Shown here in pieces: positions 26,473-37,176 of a stretch of DNA of 64,000 nucleotides. Positions within the stretch are counted from its first letter, which is position 1; the number at the start of each line of letters is the position of its first letter. The stretch is taken from the IMG/VR virus record IMGVR_UViG_3300045747_000505; one strand, written 5' to 3'. A model generated the notes under the pieces. It did not search any database, was not told the origin of the DNA, and saw nothing but the letters and a program-made list of their open reading frames with translations. This DNA comes from a virus. Taxonomy: Duplodnaviria > Caudoviricetes. Made by a program: the position numbers and the translations under genes.

Positions 26473-26826
26473 ATGCGCATCGACGAACTTCTCAGCTGCT
26501 GTCCAGAAACCCTACTCGAGGACAGCCCAGTTGAACCAATCACAGAGGCCCTGTATCAGGGCAAAACCGTCGAGCTGAACTCTCCAAAGCGCGGTGGCAC
26601 GCGCAAGTTCTACGTCTACGTGAAGAATGGTCAGGGCAACATCGTCAAGGTCAGCTTCGGCGACCCGAACGCCACGATCAAGAACGACGACCCGAAGGCT
26701 GCCGCTTCGTTCCGTGCTCGCCACAAGTGCGCGCAGCAGAAGGACAAGACGTCGGCCGCGTACTGGAGTTGCAACGTGGCTCGCTACGCCAAGTCACTCG
26801 GGCTCAGCTCGTCTCGCCCATGGTGA
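26473..26826 (+). CDS. Conserved T4-like phage late protein
   Basis: KFYVYVKN...VKVSFGDP...SFRARHKC...AAYWSC; late promoter. Confidence 0.75.
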   Translation: MRIDELLSCCPETLLEDSPVEPITEALYQGKTVELNSPKRGGTRKFYVYVKNGQGNIVKVSFGDPNATIKNDDPKAAASFRARHKCAQQKDKTSAAYWSCNVARYAKSLGLSSSRPW

Positions 26827-27083
26827 AACCGCTGCCGTTCATGGAGAACGGCTTGACTCGTATCTTTTCTGCCTCGGTCGATGAGACCGAGCTGCAGTGG
26901 CATTGGGATGAGGAAGATCGCTTGGTCTATCCGAATCACGAAACTAGTTGGCGCATTCAGCTTGACAATCAGCTGCCAAGAGAGTTGATTGTAGATGACA
27001 TCATTTTTATTCCCGCTGGTGTTTGGCACCGGCTTCTAAAGGGCAGCGAAGACCTCTCGCTGCAAGTCATCAAATGCAAGTAA
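26820..27083 (+). CDS. Cupin-like protein
   Basis: WHWDEEDR...FIPAGVWHRLLKG. Confidence 0.7.
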   Translation: MVKPLPFMENGLTRIFSASVDETELQWHWDEEDRLVYPNHETSWRIQLDNQLPRELIVDDIIFIPAGVWHRLLKGSEDLSLQVIKCK

Positions 27084-27687
27084 GTCAAGCCATCGTCGAC
27101 GAGGCCTTTGAGTGGCACATCGACTCACGGACGCCAATCAGTCAGAACATTTTTCGTTTTGGGTCAGACGCTTGGGCCGCGCTCGTGCGCCTCGCTCGTG
27201 AGCACTATCAGCTAGGTCGCATTGACGACCTTGATGAGGACGACTTCTATCTGCTCGAATCAGATGCCGGCGAGCTGGCAATGTTCGAGGGGCGTGAGGT
27301 GATGCTTGACACACCGTCGCCAATCTTCACGACCGAGGCTGGCTTTGAAGTCTTCGTTCGCTCAGGGCTCGGCGTCAAGCGCGTTGAAGTCTTTGGGCCG
27401 ATGCCGGACTACGGCAAAATTCTGGAGACAGCATGATTGCTGCTGGCTACTCGCTCGACCTGTACTGCGACAACTACTCAGCATCGCGCAAGTTCGACCA
27501 TCTGATCGACGAGCTCGGTCACCGTTGGGGTATGTTCCCAGTTCAGTACACCGGTGAGCTTGGTACCGAGTGCCGTAAGCGAGCTCGCAAGGCTGGTTGG
27601 TTGCTGAATTTTCAAACTGGGCGGGCGCTCTGCCCGCACTGTAACAAAGCTGGCGTTACACTTAAAAACCTACACAAGGTTGCCTGA
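27074..27687 (+). CDS. Two hypothetical ORFs (27074-27436; 27433-27687 with CPHC)
   Basis: ORF track. Confidence 0.6.
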
Positions 27688-27719
27688 CGTGGTATAATCT
27701 CCTCAAGGAGAATCCACAC

Positions 27720-28838
27720 ATGAAGGTCTATCTGGTTGGCGGCGCCGTCCGCGACATGCTGTTGAACCGTACGCCCAAGGATCGCGACTACGTGGTCGTT
27801 GGCGCTACCGAGCAGGAGCTGCTCGACGACGGGTTCGAGCGCGTTGGCAAGGACTTCCCAGTCTTTCTGCACCCCGTCACGAAGGACGAGTGGGCGCTGG
27901 CACGAACCGAGCGCAAGGTCGGGCGTGGCTACGGTGGCTTCGAGGTCGAGACGGATGACGTCACGATCGAGCAGGACTTGGAGCGCCGTGATCTGACGAT
28001 CAACTCCATCGCCTACGACGCTGAAGAAGATCTGTACGTCGACCCACATGGCGGTGTCTACGATCTGCAACGCCACATGCTGCGCCACACGTCCGATGCC
28101 TTTCGCGAGGACCCGCTGCGCGTCGTTCGACTGGCTCGCTTCTACGCGCGCTACGCTCAACACGGCTTCACGGTCGCCGCTGGAACGATGACGCTGGCCG
28201 CCGAAGTGGTTGACAGCGGCGAGCTGGACGAGCTGCCGGATGAACGCTTCTGGGCCGAGCTGGAGAAGGTCTTCACCGACGATGGTCAGCCAGCCAAGTT
28301 CTTCGAGCTGCTGTACGAGGTTGGCGCGCTGAACGACGTTCGCTTCTTCCGTGAGCTGTTCGGTCCGAACGTCACGTCGCACTCGCTGGATCGCATCATG
28401 AGAATGGCGCGGTCAGTCTTCAACGTGATTGAACCAGCTGCTCGCGTCGACTTCTTCGCAGCTGGGACGATGCCGTTGGGTGTGCTGCCGATGACGTTCT
28501 CGACCACGCGGTGCATGAAGCTGTACGCTGCGCAGCGCGACATTCGCCTGATCCACACGCAGAACCCGGCGACGCTGGTCGAGTTTCTGACGCGCATCAG
28601 CGCTTGGAACTCGCGCACCACCGCCGACGATCTGGTCGCACTGTTGGACGTCGTCGAGGACGCCGGCTACAACTCGCTGTACCCGTTCGAGTCGACGGAG
28701 CTGGCCGAGATCATTCAAGCTGGCCGGAGCGTCGTGTCTGGGCCGTTCCAACACCTGGTTGGCAGGGCAATCGGTCAGGCCATGATGTCCGAACGGATCG
28801 TTCGCGTCAACGACGCGCTGAACCGTATCAGCTCTTGA
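27720..28838 (+). CDS. cca: tRNA nucleotidyltransferase (CCA-adding enzyme, class II)
   Basis: YLVGGAVRD..DRDY, ALARTERK, RRDLTIN, EDPLRVVRLARF. Confidence 0.95.
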   Translation: MKVYLVGGAVRDMLLNRTPKDRDYVVVGATEQELLDDGFERVGKDFPVFLHPVTKDEWALARTERKVGRGYGGFEVETDDVTIEQDLERRDLTINSIAYDAEEDLYVDPHGGVYDLQRHMLRHTSDAFREDPLRVVRLARFYARYAQHGFTVAAGTMTLAAEVVDSGELDELPDERFWAELEKVFTDDGQPAKFFELLYEVGALNDVRFFRELFGPNVTSHSLDRIMRMARSVFNVIEPAARVDFFAAGTMPLGVLPMTFSTTRCMKLYAAQRDIRLIHTQNPATLVEFLTRISAWNSRTTADDLVALLDVVEDAGYNSLYPFESTELAEIIQAGRSVVSGPFQHLVGRAIGQAMMSERIVRVNDALNRISS

Positions 28839-28907
28839 ACCTGCTTCAAGGTTAGCCACGCACCTCAAAGCGTGGTACAATGATTCTATCACCTCAACAA
28901 AAGGACT

Positions 28908-29099
28908 TTGATGTCACGCAACAGCAAGAACGCTCGCAACCTCGCCAAGGCTCGCGAGATTTCGTCCCTCCACAAGAACGGTGGCAAGGGCCCGGCCCGC
29001 ACCGGCACCTCCACCAAGGTCAAGGCCTGGTGGAAGCTGGGCAGCTACTCGACCTTCGCCAGCGGTGGCAAGAAGAAGCCGGCTCAGTCGGACCTCTGA
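28908..29099 (+). CDS. Small basic protein
   Basis: AAGGA RBS, Lys/Arg rich. Confidence 0.6.
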   Translation: MMSRNSKNARNLAKAREISSLHKNGGKGPARTGTSTKVKAWWKLGSYSTFASGGKKKPAQSDL

Positions 29100-29434
29100 C
29101 GTGATCTGGGGCATCGTTGCTATCCTCTGGATCGTCACGATGATCCTCGCTGGTCTGTATCCACTTGCCCGCGATGACAAGTCAGGTGGCGACGTGATTC
29201 AACTCTGCGCCCTGTCCTGCGCGCTGGCCATCATCGTCAGCGCCGTTGCCGTCTTCACTTGGAAGGTCGTATGATCTGGATCACCGCCATTCTCTGGGTC
29301 CTCACGATCCTCTTCTTCTTTCTGATCGGGACGAGCGGACCGCAGACCAAGGACAACGCGTTCTGGTGGTTCGTCATCTTCGGCGTGTTGGCGCTGCTCT
29401 TCACGATCGTCACCGTCTCCGTCTGGAATCGCCT

Positions 29435-29950
29435 GTGACCACACCTACTCCCGCGCTCATCAACGTCTACATCGACAGCGATGGGCCAGTCGCCGACTTC
29501 GACAAGGCTCTCAAGGCCAGTGGTCTGCACGCCGACAACTTCAAACATCTGCCCGGCATCTACCTCTGGCTGGACGTCACGCCCGGCGCAGCCGCTGGCA
29601 TTGCACGCCTCAAGGCCTTCGACGACGCTGGCCTGATTCGCGTGTGGATCGCCACGAAGACGCCGAGTGGCTCACCGTACGCCTACACCGAGAAGGTGCT
29701 GTGGTATCGCCGTCTCTTTCCGTGGCTCGAAGACCGAGTCATTCTCACGCACGACAAGTCGCTGCTCGGCACCGAGCACGATTGGCTGCTCGACGATCGG
29801 CCACACAAGGCCAACGCCAGCAAGTTCCGTGGTGCCTTCTTTCTCTTCCGACCTGAGCGAGCTGAGCTCGACTGGGCGGACTTCACCCGGTCGGTTCTTG
29901 GACCGCTCACGACAATCACAACGATACCACCATTGATAGGAGAACCATGA
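29435..29950 (+). CDS. 5'(3')-deoxyribonucleotidase-like HAD (NT5C)
   Basis: YIDSDGPVADF, IATKTP, THDKSLL, LLDDR. Confidence 0.8.
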   Translation: MTTPTPALINVYIDSDGPVADFDKALKASGLHADNFKHLPGIYLWLDVTPGAAAGIARLKAFDDAGLIRVWIATKTPSGSPYAYTEKVLWYRRLFPWLEDRVILTHDKSLLGTEHDWLLDDRPHKANASKFRGAFFLFRPERAELDWADFTRSVLGPLTTITTIPPLIGEP

Positions 29951-30702
29951 AGCTTGCTGCACTCACTCTCGCCCTTTTCGCAGGCCTCGCCTGCGCTGCA
30001 CCGCCGGCTCCAACGCTGTCGCTGACCACTGTCAACAAGGTGCAGTCGGCCGCTGCCGTTTCTGCGTACTCACTTGGTGCTGGCTCATCGTTGTCAACCG
30101 CCACCGGCTTTCACACCGCGACGTCGTTCGTGGCTGGTGAGGGCTCGCTGAGCGCCACTCGCAACGTCGGCTACGACATCTCGCTCGCCGATTGCGCTCC
30201 GACCACTTGGGTCAACGGCACGATGATCAACGGCAACCTCGGCGTCAATGGCCTCACCTCGGTGACCGGCTACTCCGATGCCAGCAACGTGTCGACTGGT
30301 GCTGGCACCGGCGGTGCCGAATCAACTGGCCTCGCAACTGCCGCTGTGACTGGCAGCGCAGCGCTGGCCTACAAGTCGTTCGACATGAAGGTCGATGGCA
30401 ACGCCTTCTCTGGCGCGCTGACTCGCGCTACTGCTGCCCTCAACGGCTCTGACGCTTCGTCTGGCCACACGTCCTCGTCGTTTGCCAGCAAGACAGACGG
30501 CCAGCTCTTCAAGTTCGCCACGGCCACCGGCTTCGGCGACGTCAAGATCGTCAACGTCGATCTCAAGGCTCGCGCTGGCGATCTGACGTGCACCTCTGGC
30601 TGCGGCAGCACCTCCACCGACACAGCATCGTTCGTCAACGCCACCATCGAGGCCGGCGCCGGCGGTACCGCAACAACCACCATCATCGTCACCAAGCCAT
30701 GA
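29947..30702 (+). CDS. Secreted Ala/Gly/Ser/Thr-rich protein
   Basis: Signal peptide, low complexity, beta-strand-prone. Confidence 0.75.
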   Translation: MKLAALTLALFAGLACAAPPAPTLSLTTVNKVQSAAAVSAYSLGAGSSLSTATGFHTATSFVAGEGSLSATRNVGYDISLADCAPTTWVNGTMINGNLGVNGLTSVTGYSDASNVSTGAGTGGAESTGLATAAVTGSAALAYKSFDMKVDGNAFSGALTRATAALNGSDASSGHTSSSFASKTDGQLFKFATATGFGDVKIVNVDLKARAGDLTCTSGCGSTSTDTASFVNATIEAGAGGTATTTIIVTKP

Positions 30703-31190
30703 AGCACCTTCTCGTTCTCGCGAGCTTGACGCTCGCCGTCTCAGCCTTCGCGCAGAACACCGTCGAGGGCACCGTCAACGGTCAAGCGCAGGCTGACAAC
30801 GCTGGCAACACTCAAGCCATCACCTTCTCCAGCCCAGCTGACGCGAAGTCAACGATCAAGAGCGCACCACCGGTAAGTGGGCCACCGCTTGTGTCTTCCA
30901 ACGACACCTGCATGGGCTCGCTCTCGGGTGGTGTCAGCGTGGTTGGCGTTGGCCTCAGCGGTGGCACGACCTACGAGAGCGAGAGCTGCGTGGCCCTGAA
31001 GGAAGGGCGCGAGCTGTGGAACTGGGGTCTGCGCGATGCCGCCATTGCTCGCCTCTGCATGCAGGACAAGATTCGACAGTCGATGGAGCTGGCTGGTCGC
31101 GATGACTGCCCACAGACTCGACTGGCTCGCAAGACGGCCGCAGCGCCGTCAATGGGTCCGGTCGCAACGTCGCCGCGAGGCAACAGATGA
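30699..31190 (+). CDS. Secreted Cys-containing protein
   Basis: Signal peptide; SNDTCMGS...SCVAL...LC...DCP. Confidence 0.75.
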   Translation: MKHLLVLASLTLAVSAFAQNTVEGTVNGQAQADNAGNTQAITFSSPADAKSTIKSAPPVSGPPLVSSNDTCMGSLSGGVSVVGVGLSGGTTYESESCVALKEGRELWNWGLRDAAIARLCMQDKIRQSMELAGRDDCPQTRLARKTAAAPSMGPVATSPRGNR

Positions 31191-31753
31191 GAGCGCTAGC
31201 GCTGCTGTTGATCTCAACGGTGGTCTCGGCGCAGCCGATCACCGAGGTGCTTGTTCAACGCAATCTGTTCGGTAGCGGCGTGCAAGACGGGCCCGTTGAG
31301 GGCTACGTCAACGCGCTGCCAACGGCGGATGCTGGCGTCTTTCAGGTGCCGTCGTATCTCGCCGGCAATCCAACTGCCGGGACGATCTACCCGCGAGTGG
31401 TGACGGTGCAGTGTGAGCAAGAAGGTTCACGAGCAATCTGCGACGGCTACGCTTGGCGGCCAGAGCTTGGGCGTGGCGAGTACCTGTTCATTCGACCGGT
31501 GCCAAAGCCGAAGCCACCACCTCCACCCCCTCCTCCGCCTGCACCAGAGCCGACGATCGTCTACGTGCCAGTCGAGGTCTCAGTGCCGGTGCAACCTGAA
31601 TTGCCGCCGCTTGACATTGAGCCAGGCAGCGGAAAGCAAGTTATAGTGGTACCAGCCCCGCTACCAAAGCCGCGCTGGATCAAGGCTCCAACCTGCACAC
31701 CAGACGGCACAATTCGCTGGATCAAAGTCCCAGCAAAGAAAGCAAAGAAATGA
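31187..31753 (+). CDS. Secreted proline-rich protein
   Basis: Signal peptide; poly-Pro tract. Confidence 0.7.
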   Translation: MRALALLLISTVVSAQPITEVLVQRNLFGSGVQDGPVEGYVNALPTADAGVFQVPSYLAGNPTAGTIYPRVVTVQCEQEGSRAICDGYAWRPELGRGEYLFIRPVPKPKPPPPPPPPPAPEPTIVYVPVEVSVPVQPELPPLDIEPGSGKQVIVVPAPLPKPRWIKAPTCTPDGTIRWIKVPAKKAKK

Positions 31754-31917
31754 TCGGTCTCATCAGCCTCATCGGCCTCATCATCTACTTTCTGCCGAGC
31801 ATCATCGCCGCACTCAACCATCATCGGTCGATGCGTGGCATCTTCCTCGTGAACCTGCTGCTCGGCTGGTCTGGCCTCGGCTGGCTCATCGTGCTGATCA
31901 TTGCGATGCTCGGCTGA
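31750..31917 (+). CDS. imm: Superinfection immunity protein (T4 Imm family)
   Basis: IYFLPSIIA...IFLVNLLLGWSGLGW. Confidence 0.85.
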   Translation: MIGLISLIGLIIYFLPSIIAALNHHRSMRGIFLVNLLLGWSGLGWLIVLIIAMLG

Positions 31918-31918
31918 T

Positions 31919-32795
31919 ATGGGCATCGTCTACTCGCCGACAAAGTCGGGCAAGACCAAGCGCAAGCCTGGCTGGCAGAAGGTCGAGCAAGAGCACGCGG
32001 CCTGGTTGGCAAGCGTCTCATCGCAAACCTTCTCTGGTCGCTCACTTCGGCCAGGCACGAAGCGGGTCAATCCCGTAGTGCACGCTCCAGTGCTGCGCGA
32101 GGTCTCGCTGCCGGCAAGTCGCAGCACGCCTGGCGGCAATGGCACGACGAGCGTTCATCGCCCTGAGATTCTCTATCGTGACAACGAGGAGCTGCTCGCT
32201 CGTGAGCTCGCCGCACGGCAGCGCAAGTTCAACGTGGCGCCAGCCTACAACAAGGGTGCCGATCAGCTCGTGACCGAGGAAGAGCTGGTCAATCTGCTCT
32301 CGTCGAACAAGCGTCGGTCATGAAGATCAAACGAACCAGCCTGCTGTCAGGCATCACGCGCGAGCGTGAGATCAACATCACCGAGCAGCAGCTCGATCAG
32401 CTCAAGCGCATTCGAAACGTCAAGTGGCTGTGTCCGCAGCTGTCCGACGTCGATCGCGACTTTCTACTCACCGGCAATCTCCCAGAGGACTGGGAAGCCG
32501 AGCAACGGAGAACACAATGACCATTCAAACCGCCAGCGTCTCGCCAGAGTTCATCGCGAAGTCAATCACCAACGCCATCAAGGCCGAGCTTGAAGAGCTC
32601 ATTCGCAAGCGCCTTCACGCCGAGGTCGATTCGATCGTCTCCGAGCTGGCGCGCGAGATCGCCGCCACCACGATGGTCAACGCGACTGGTTACCTCGAGC
32701 AGGTCAGCAAGAGCAACTTCGGTGGGCCGGCCGTGATCATTCAGCTGTCGTTCAACAACGAGTCCGTCACCTACACGCCCGAACCTAAATCTTGA
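31919..32795 (+). CDS. Three phage hypothetical ORFs (31919-32323 with APAYNKG; 32320-32520; 32517-32795)
   Basis: Coupled ORFs; APAYNKG motif is typical of T4-like phages. Confidence 0.65.
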
Positions 32796-32906
32796 TTTGC
32801 GCAGGGCGATAAATAGAGGTGACGCAAGCCTTCGGGGTGCGTCAGTTCGCGAGGTGCCGAAAGGGCCTCACATCAACCAACTTGCTTCTTTGAAGGAGTA
32901 CCTCTC

Positions 32907-33410
32907 ATGAATCCATCATTCCGCCCAATCGTCCACTCGTTCCTCGGCTTCGACAATCTGTTCGATCAGCTCGAGAGCGCCATGATCGCCGCTGCCGATC
33001 GCACCGCGCAGTCGAGCAACTTCCCGCCGTACAACGTCTACAAGGTTGGTGATGGCTACATCATCGAAGTTGCTGTCGCTGGCTACAAGCGCGAGGACAT
33101 CGAGATCAAGCACGACAAGAAGAAGTCGCTGCTCATCATCACAGGCGACAACGGCATCAAGCAGACCGCACCGCCTGTGCAGGACGACAACGCCGTGCTC
33201 AACGCGCCTGGCGCCGAGGTCACCACGCCGACCGCACCAACTCGCGAGGTCATTCGCACTGGCATCGCTCGCCGCAGCTTCACGCGCTCCTTCAATCTCG
33301 CCGATGACCTCGAAGTCTCGAGCGCTGGTCTGCAAGACGGCATGCTGACCGTCACGCTGATGAAGGTCGAGAACGAAGCCGACAAGCCGTTGCTGATCAC
33401 GATCGGCTAA
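32907..33410 (+). CDS. Small heat-shock protein Hsp20 (IbpA-like)
   Basis: NFPPYN, EVAVAGY, GIARRSFTRSF, DGML. Confidence 0.93.
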   Translation: MNPSFRPIVHSFLGFDNLFDQLESAMIAAADRTAQSSNFPPYNVYKVGDGYIIEVAVAGYKREDIEIKHDKKKSLLIITGDNGIKQTAPPVQDDNAVLNAPGAEVTTPTAPTREVIRTGIARRSFTRSFNLADDLEVSSAGLQDGMLTVTLMKVENEADKPLLITIG

Positions 33411-33412
33411 GC

Positions 33413-33622
33413 GTGTCGCTCACCCTCAAGGACATCGCCGTCAAGCTGATGCGCGGCGAGCTTCCGCCAATGGCACCTGAAGAGCTTGGTGGTGAGCGAC
33501 TTAAAGTGTGCGAGAGCTGCGAGTACATGACTCGCTACTCTCGCCAGTGCAAGTTGTGCAGCTGCTTTCTTGACCTCAAGGTCAAGCTTCTCGAATCAAC
33601 CTGTCCAATCAACCACTGGTAA
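33413..33622 (+). CDS. Small Cys-rich protein
   Basis: CESC...CKLCSC...CPINHW. Confidence 0.7.
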   Translation: MSLTLKDIAVKLMRGELPPMAPEELGGERLKVCESCEYMTRYSRQCKLCSCFLDLKVKLLESTCPINHW

Positions 33623-33625
33623 CAC

Positions 33626-34342
33626 ATGGCAATCAACTCTACGTCTATCGAAACTGTCTCAGGCAGTTACGTCGATTTCGCTGACCCACAGCCCGACACC
33701 ATCTTCATCGACGACATCGCTTGGGGTCTGAGCCGAGAGGCTCGCTTTGGCGGTCACACCAACACGCCCAATCCGTACAGCGTCGCGCAGCACTCGTCCG
33801 TCGTCTTCAACCTCATCGTCAAGGCCTTCGAGGAAGGTCCGATTCAAGATTCGCTGCTGGACTATCTGAAGGACAGCGGCATCGGCTCGACGTGCTTTCA
33901 CATCGCGTCTCTTGACCCAGATGGACGGCGCCTTGCTGCGCTGCACGGTCTGCTGCACGACGCGTCCGAAGCCTATCTGCGCGACATTCCGAATCCGGCC
34001 AAGCAGCTGCCCGAGCTGAAGACCGGCTACATGATTCTCGAAGGCCGGCTGATGAACGTCATTCTGCGAAAGTTCATGGGCGATGAGTTCATTGCCGACA
34101 AGAACCTTAGCACCGGCCTCGTTCACGTGACCTCGCCAATCGTCGGCTGGGCTGATCGCTACGCGCTCACCGTCGAGGCCTATCACATGCTGCCAAGTCG
34201 TGGTCAGCACTGGACTGGCACTCTCAAGCTGCCACGTGATGCACTGCAAAATTTTGTCTGGCCTATGCACTCCACGTTCGCCAACGATGAGTTCATGGAG
34301 AACTTCAAGTGGGCCATGTGCCTCGCTGATTGGAAGAAGTAA
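33626..34342 (+). CDS. HD-domain nucleotidase (YfbR-like)
   Basis: RFGGH, YSVAQHS, LLHDASEAY. Confidence 0.88.
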   Translation: MAINSTSIETVSGSYVDFADPQPDTIFIDDIAWGLSREARFGGHTNTPNPYSVAQHSSVVFNLIVKAFEEGPIQDSLLDYLKDSGIGSTCFHIASLDPDGRRLAALHGLLHDASEAYLRDIPNPAKQLPELKTGYMILEGRLMNVILRKFMGDEFIADKNLSTGLVHVTSPIVGWADRYALTVEAYHMLPSRGQHWTGTLKLPRDALQNFVWPMHSTFANDEFMENFKWAMCLADWKK

Positions 34343-34464
34343 CACCACTCAGCGCATTCTAATAGCATTAGTTGCCAAATAAGGAATCGAAGAGGACCGC
34401 AAGGTCCTCTTCGGGTTTCTGCCTGACGATAAATACTCCATCACTTCCGTACTGGAGCATTCAC

Positions 34465-35801
34465 ATGAATTTCAATCGTCTTCAATCCCTGGCGGGCAAG
34501 GGTCTCACTGAAGCCAAGAGCGCAACCTCTGACTTCGACGGCATTCGCGGCATCGTTGACGACGCGCTCGGCGACCTGAGCGACAAGCTCGGCAAGGGCG
34601 GTTCGCTCTCGACCCTGATGAAGAGCTCTGGCGCTGCCAAGCTCGACACTGTCAAGGACGCCGACGGCAAGAACATCGAGAAGCAGATCGTCGCGCTGAC
34701 CACCGAGTATAAGAAGGCCATCACCAAGCTGCTGATGGAAGCCGAGCTGCTCGTTTCTCAGGTTCACGAGGCTCAAGGTTCGGGCTCAGGTTCGGTTCTG
34801 CTGGAAGCCAAGGGCGACTACAGCGACAGCGGCGAGTTCACCGACGAGTTCTTCGGTCTGTTCGACCACCTCAACAAGATGAAGGCCGTCATCAAGGCTC
34901 CGCGCTGGTTGGAGTACATGAAGATGACCGACACCAACTTCGGTACTTCGACGGTAGAATCAGCATTGTCAACCATCTCAGCTCTCAACTCGCTTGACGC
35001 TGCGCTGCACGACATCGACGCCGAGTTCGACAAGGCCAACGGACACTAATCATGCGTCTAAGCGAGATCAAGGTCCTTCGTGAAGACAGCACTCCAGCTA
35101 CTGACGCCGCAAACAGCTTCAAGGGTCATTGGGACGCTGGCTGGAGCGATGTAAAGAAAGCCGATGACAAGGCCGGCGCGAAGGATGCGACGGTCGATGA
35201 ATCAATGGAGCCGATCATCGCGCAGATTGTTGGCGGCTATCCAGCGACATCGACTCTTGATCATGCGAAGCTCACGAAGATGATGCCTGACGATGAAGCA
35301 CGAGCCACCGTCAAAAAGAACATGGATGCTATCCCGGCCATCATCATTGGGATGGCAGACAAGTACATGGCCAACCTCCGTGGTCTCGCCGATCACGGAC
35401 TTCGAGCTCGCGTTCAAGCTGCCAGAGGTGGTAAGCCCGTTGAAGATTGGCTTAAGGAGCTAAGACTTGACTTGCTCGCTCAGCTTGATAGGCGATCAGC
35501 GGTCTTCACAACAGACCACGAGAAGCTGAAGCGTCTCTCCGTCGTCTTTGCCGATCAACAGTATCGCAAGATGATGTCAGCAGCTTTGATGTCCTCCAAG
35601 GGCGCAACTGACATCGCTGACAAGGCCTCCATCAAGATCGAACCAGCCATTCGCAAGCCACTTGGGTCTAAGAACGCAGTAGATGAAGCTGACCGCACCA
35701 TCAACACTCTTGAGGCCTTCATTGGATATTGCCGAGCGCTGCTTGAAAATCAAAACGCCACGGCTCGACAGATTGGCCCGTTCTTGGATCAGAAGTCATA
35801 A
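34465..35801 (+). CDS. Two late-promoter hypothetical proteins (34465-35049, 35052-35801)
   Basis: TAAATA at about 34430; N-termini ending in a Glu-containing motif. Confidence 0.7.
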
Positions 35802-35993
35802 TGCTGGCTTCATACTACATTTTTGGCGTTGCGTATCTTTCGGTCGCTTGGCTCTTCAGCCTCGCCTACCCAGCCCCAACGCTGCCAGATGAAGCGCCTA
35901 AAGTGGAACAAGCTGCATCAGCACCTAAAGTGTAACGCCGCTCCAGATTCCCAGGTTCGTGGTATAATGGTCCTACCGAATCAAGGACACACC

Positions 35994-36296
35994 ATGGAAA
36001 ATCTCTCTCGCGCCATCGCTGAAATCGCCTATGACAACGGCGCCATCAATCGTCTCAAGGACGAAGCGAGTGTGATGAAGCGCGTGTTCGTCGCGCTGTA
36101 CAACGAGTTCACGATGGACACGCTCAGGGTCGTCGAGAATCGCCTGTCCGAGCTGTCTGACACGCAGCTCATCGTGCTGTGCACCGGTGAGGAGACCGAA
36201 GCCAAGGCGATCTACCTCAACAACGACTTCCCGTTCTCGATCCCTGACATCGCTGCGATCGAAGCCGTGCTCAACTTCATCTTCGAGACTATTTAA
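35994..36296 (+). CDS. Hypothetical protein
   Basis: TATAAT plus AAGGA RBS. Confidence 0.65.
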   Translation: MENLSRAIAEIAYDNGAINRLKDEASVMKRVFVALYNEFTMDTLRVVENRLSELSDTQLIVLCTGEETEAKAIYLNNDFPFSIPDIAAIEAVLNFIFETI

Positions 36297-37051
36297 GGAA
36301 TCGCAGCCGGTGGTGCCTCGTAGATAAGCTTCAGCTCGCGACGCTCTGGGACCGTCAGCGAGCTGACGGCTTTCTGCATGATGTTGCCAAGTCGCGCATT
36401 CGTCGGTTGATAACCAAACGAGAGCGCGTACGGGAATTCAATTGGGGCGGTCTTGAAGTGCCGATGGTACATCGCCTCAAAGTAATATGCCGAGCCGAGA
36501 TTGGTGACGACACCATCGACCGTACCGGCCATCATAGCTCGAAATGCAGCATGGTCATTCTCAAGCGCTAGAATGGTCACTTGCTTTCGCAGATTGTTCA
36601 ATCGGTCCTGTCCAAAGTAGTTTGGGGCATACCCAACGCGCAGCGGGAAATTGATTGGCAGGCTATTCAGCAGCATCACTGTTGAGAGCAGCGCGTATGG
36701 TTCAGTGAGACCCATGATGGCGAGCTGCTCCGGCGAAGGATTGACAGCCGCCAATATGTCTAGTCTGCCAGAGTAGAAATCAAGCATCATTTCGGCGCGG
36801 TCATTGTAGTGCAGCACATTGAACCGAAGTCCAGTTCGGCTTGAAACCTTCTTCAGCACATCAATCGACAGACCAACGGTTTCGCCGGTTGAGGACACCG
36901 ACGTGTAAGGTTGAAAGTTTGCGTCAGCACCAACGGTGATAATCTTCCCCGCCGCGTAGACTAGCTCTTCCTCGGTCAGCTTTGACTCGTTGATGATCGG
37001 TTTGCAGCTCGCGAGGAGCAGAAGGAGGATGATTATTAGCTTTCTCAGCAT
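36293..37051 (-). CDS. Periplasmic solute-binding protein family 3, lipoprotein
   Basis: Lipobox LASC; ITVGADANFQPY...GLSIDVL...GRLDIL. Confidence 0.8.
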   Translation of the reverse strand: MLRKLIIILLLLLASCKPIINESKLTEEELVYAAGKIITVGADANFQPYTSVSSTGETVGLSIDVLKKVSSRTGLRFNVLHYNDRAEMMLDFYSGRLDILAAVNPSPEQLAIMGLTEPYALLSTVMLLNSLPINFPLRVGYAPNYFGQDRLNNLRKQVTILALENDHAAFRAMMAGTVDGVVTNLGSAYYFEAMYHRHFKTAPIEFPYALSFGYQPTNARLGNIMQKAVSSLTVPERRELKLIYEAPPAAIP

Positions 37052-37176
37052 GATGACAATGTTTAGGTTCAGCGTAGTATTTAGTTGCAGAAGTCCTTTC
37101 GCAGGGTATAATTACAGCACTGGCTCAGCAGACTTTAATCATCAACCCCTTAGTCTGTGGGGTTCCGAGAAGCCCA

